Part shown: positions 34,950 to 36,345 of the stretch, piece by piece | Layout of the letters: each line of letters opens with the position of its first letter | Numbering within the stretch: the stretch's first letter is position 1 | Source of the DNA: Chiloscyllium plagiosum | Taxonomy: Eukaryota | NCBI RefSeq assembly: GCF_004010195.1 | Contig: NC_057751.1 | Coordinates: forward strand, 6,312,598 to 6,348,942 | Length of the DNA: 36,345 bases | Reading direction: 5' to 3' | Translations under genes and position numbers: made by a program | The notes under the pieces: model-generated | What the model was told of the DNA's origin: nothing | What the model saw: the letters and a program-made list of their open reading frames with translations, nothing else | Databases searched by the model: none

Positions 34950-35950
34950 AGAAACATACAAAATAGGAGTTGGCCATTCATACATTCAAACCTGATCTAC
35001 CATTTACTGTGACTTTGTCTGATGATCTAATTTAGTGTTGCCACTTTCACCCCAGACCATTTGATCCCTTTAGTCGTGAGAACTATAACTCCTTATTAAA
35101 ACCATTGGCCTCTACCATTTTCTGTGACAGTGAATTCCAAAGGCTCAGCACTCAGAATGAATAAATTTCCTCTCATCTAAAAATTACCTACCCCATGTCT
35201 CTGAGCTGTGATCCCTGGTTGTAGACTCCCTGGTCATTGGGAACATCCTCTCTTACTTCAACCTGTCTCGTTCTGCAAGAAATTTGATTTGTTTCATTCC
35301 TCTGAATTCCAGTAAAAATAGTCCTAACCAATCCAGTCTCCCTTCACACATCAATCCTTCCATCCCTCAAATCAGTCTGGTAAACCTCTGTTGCACTCCC
35401 TCCTTGGCCAGAACATCCTCCTTCAGAGAAGGAAACCAAAACTGCCAACAATACTGCATCTGGTCTCACCAAGGTGCTAAGCAAGTGTAGGAAGACATCA
35501 GGTGGCATGGTGGCTGGGTGGTTAGCACTGGTACCTCAAAGCGCAACGGTCCTGGGTTTCATTCCATTCGTGGACGACTGTGTGAAGCTTGTACATTCTC
35601 CCCGTGTTTGCGTGGGTTTCCTCTGGGTGCTCCAGTTTCCTCACACAGTCCAAAAATATGCAGGTTAGGTGAATTGGCCTTGTTAAATTGTCCATAGTGT
35701 ACAGAGATAGGAGAGTAAGCCATGGAATATGTGGGATTACGGGGATATAGGAGGGGTGGTGTGTCTGGATGGGATACTCTTTGGACGGTCAATATGAACT
35801 TGATGGGCCAAAAGGCCTGCTTCCCCACTGTAGGGATTCTATGATCCCTGCTCCTGTACTGGAATTTTTTTGCTGCTCATGTCAACATACCTTCTCCACT
35901 GCCTGCTGCACCTTTATGCTTCCTTTCAGCGACTGGTGAACAAGCGTGTG
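34950..35950 (-). mobile_element. CR1 3' region interrupted by a SINE
   Basis: The minus strand retains LWNS- and YCWQFWFP-like ORF2 motifs and resumes after 35845. Confidence 0.7.
35501..35845 (+). mobile_element. tRNA-derived V-SINE (HE1-like)
   Basis: Degenerate A/B boxes, cattctccccgtgtttgcgtgggtttcc core and CR1-like tail. Confidence 0.88.
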
Positions 35951-36345
35951 GGATATAGGTGAATTAATGTTATTTCTGCAATTATAAGTTCTGATACAGA
36001 GTAAATGAATTCACATTAGTCTGTGATTGTTTCTCAGCTAGGAGCTGAGTTAGCAAAAATGGGAACTACATAGAGGAAGTATGTTAGCATGAGACGTGAT
36101 TACAGAACAATGGTAGATGTATGGGCAACAGATAAGATAGTAAGAAAAACATCTGTTTTCCCACTTGTATGGGGACACAGGAACAAACCCTAATTAAAGA
36201 GGTCATAAAGGTCAGAGTAGCCTCCGGAGAGGAATAAATGCTGATAAAGACAGAATATGCCTAGCGGTGACCTGCAGTAGGATGACGTCAAACAACCTTA
36301 TGGGGGCCAGAGATAGGCATTTGTCACGGACAAGGCCGGATAAAC

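Noticed and set aside
36283..36290. Perfect CRE palindrome TGACGTCA (also at 1879-1886)
   Set aside because: An 8-mer without promoter context is insufficient evidence.

Overview
Vertebrate, repeat-dominated non-coding DNA, most likely from an elasmobranch (shark). This is inferred from HE1-type V-SINEs, DeuSINE-like elements and the CR1 content. I found no host protein-coding gene I can support, and most entries in the ORF track are spurious or transposon remnants. The window is a nested mosaic of CR1 and Rex1/Babar LINE 3' ends, tRNA-derived SINEs, solo-LTR-like elements, a Tc1/pogo-type MITE and many Penelope-like element (PLE) pieces. There is a 705-N assembly gap at 19045-19749. The strongest hidden signal is about 12-13 minimal type I hammerhead-ribozyme motifs (CUGANGA-A-stem II-GAAA-palindromic stem III) in PLE pseudo-LTRs from at least four sequence families. 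They show compensatory stem changes, and four look fully intact. One short copy starts exactly at the predicted cleavage site, one copy is a ~195-bp back-to-back double-hammerhead palindrome, and one hammerhead was split by a solo LTR. PLE hammerheads are an established class; the local patterns are what merit follow-up. Repeat boundaries are read by eye and are approximate unless a target-site duplication (TSD) fixes them.
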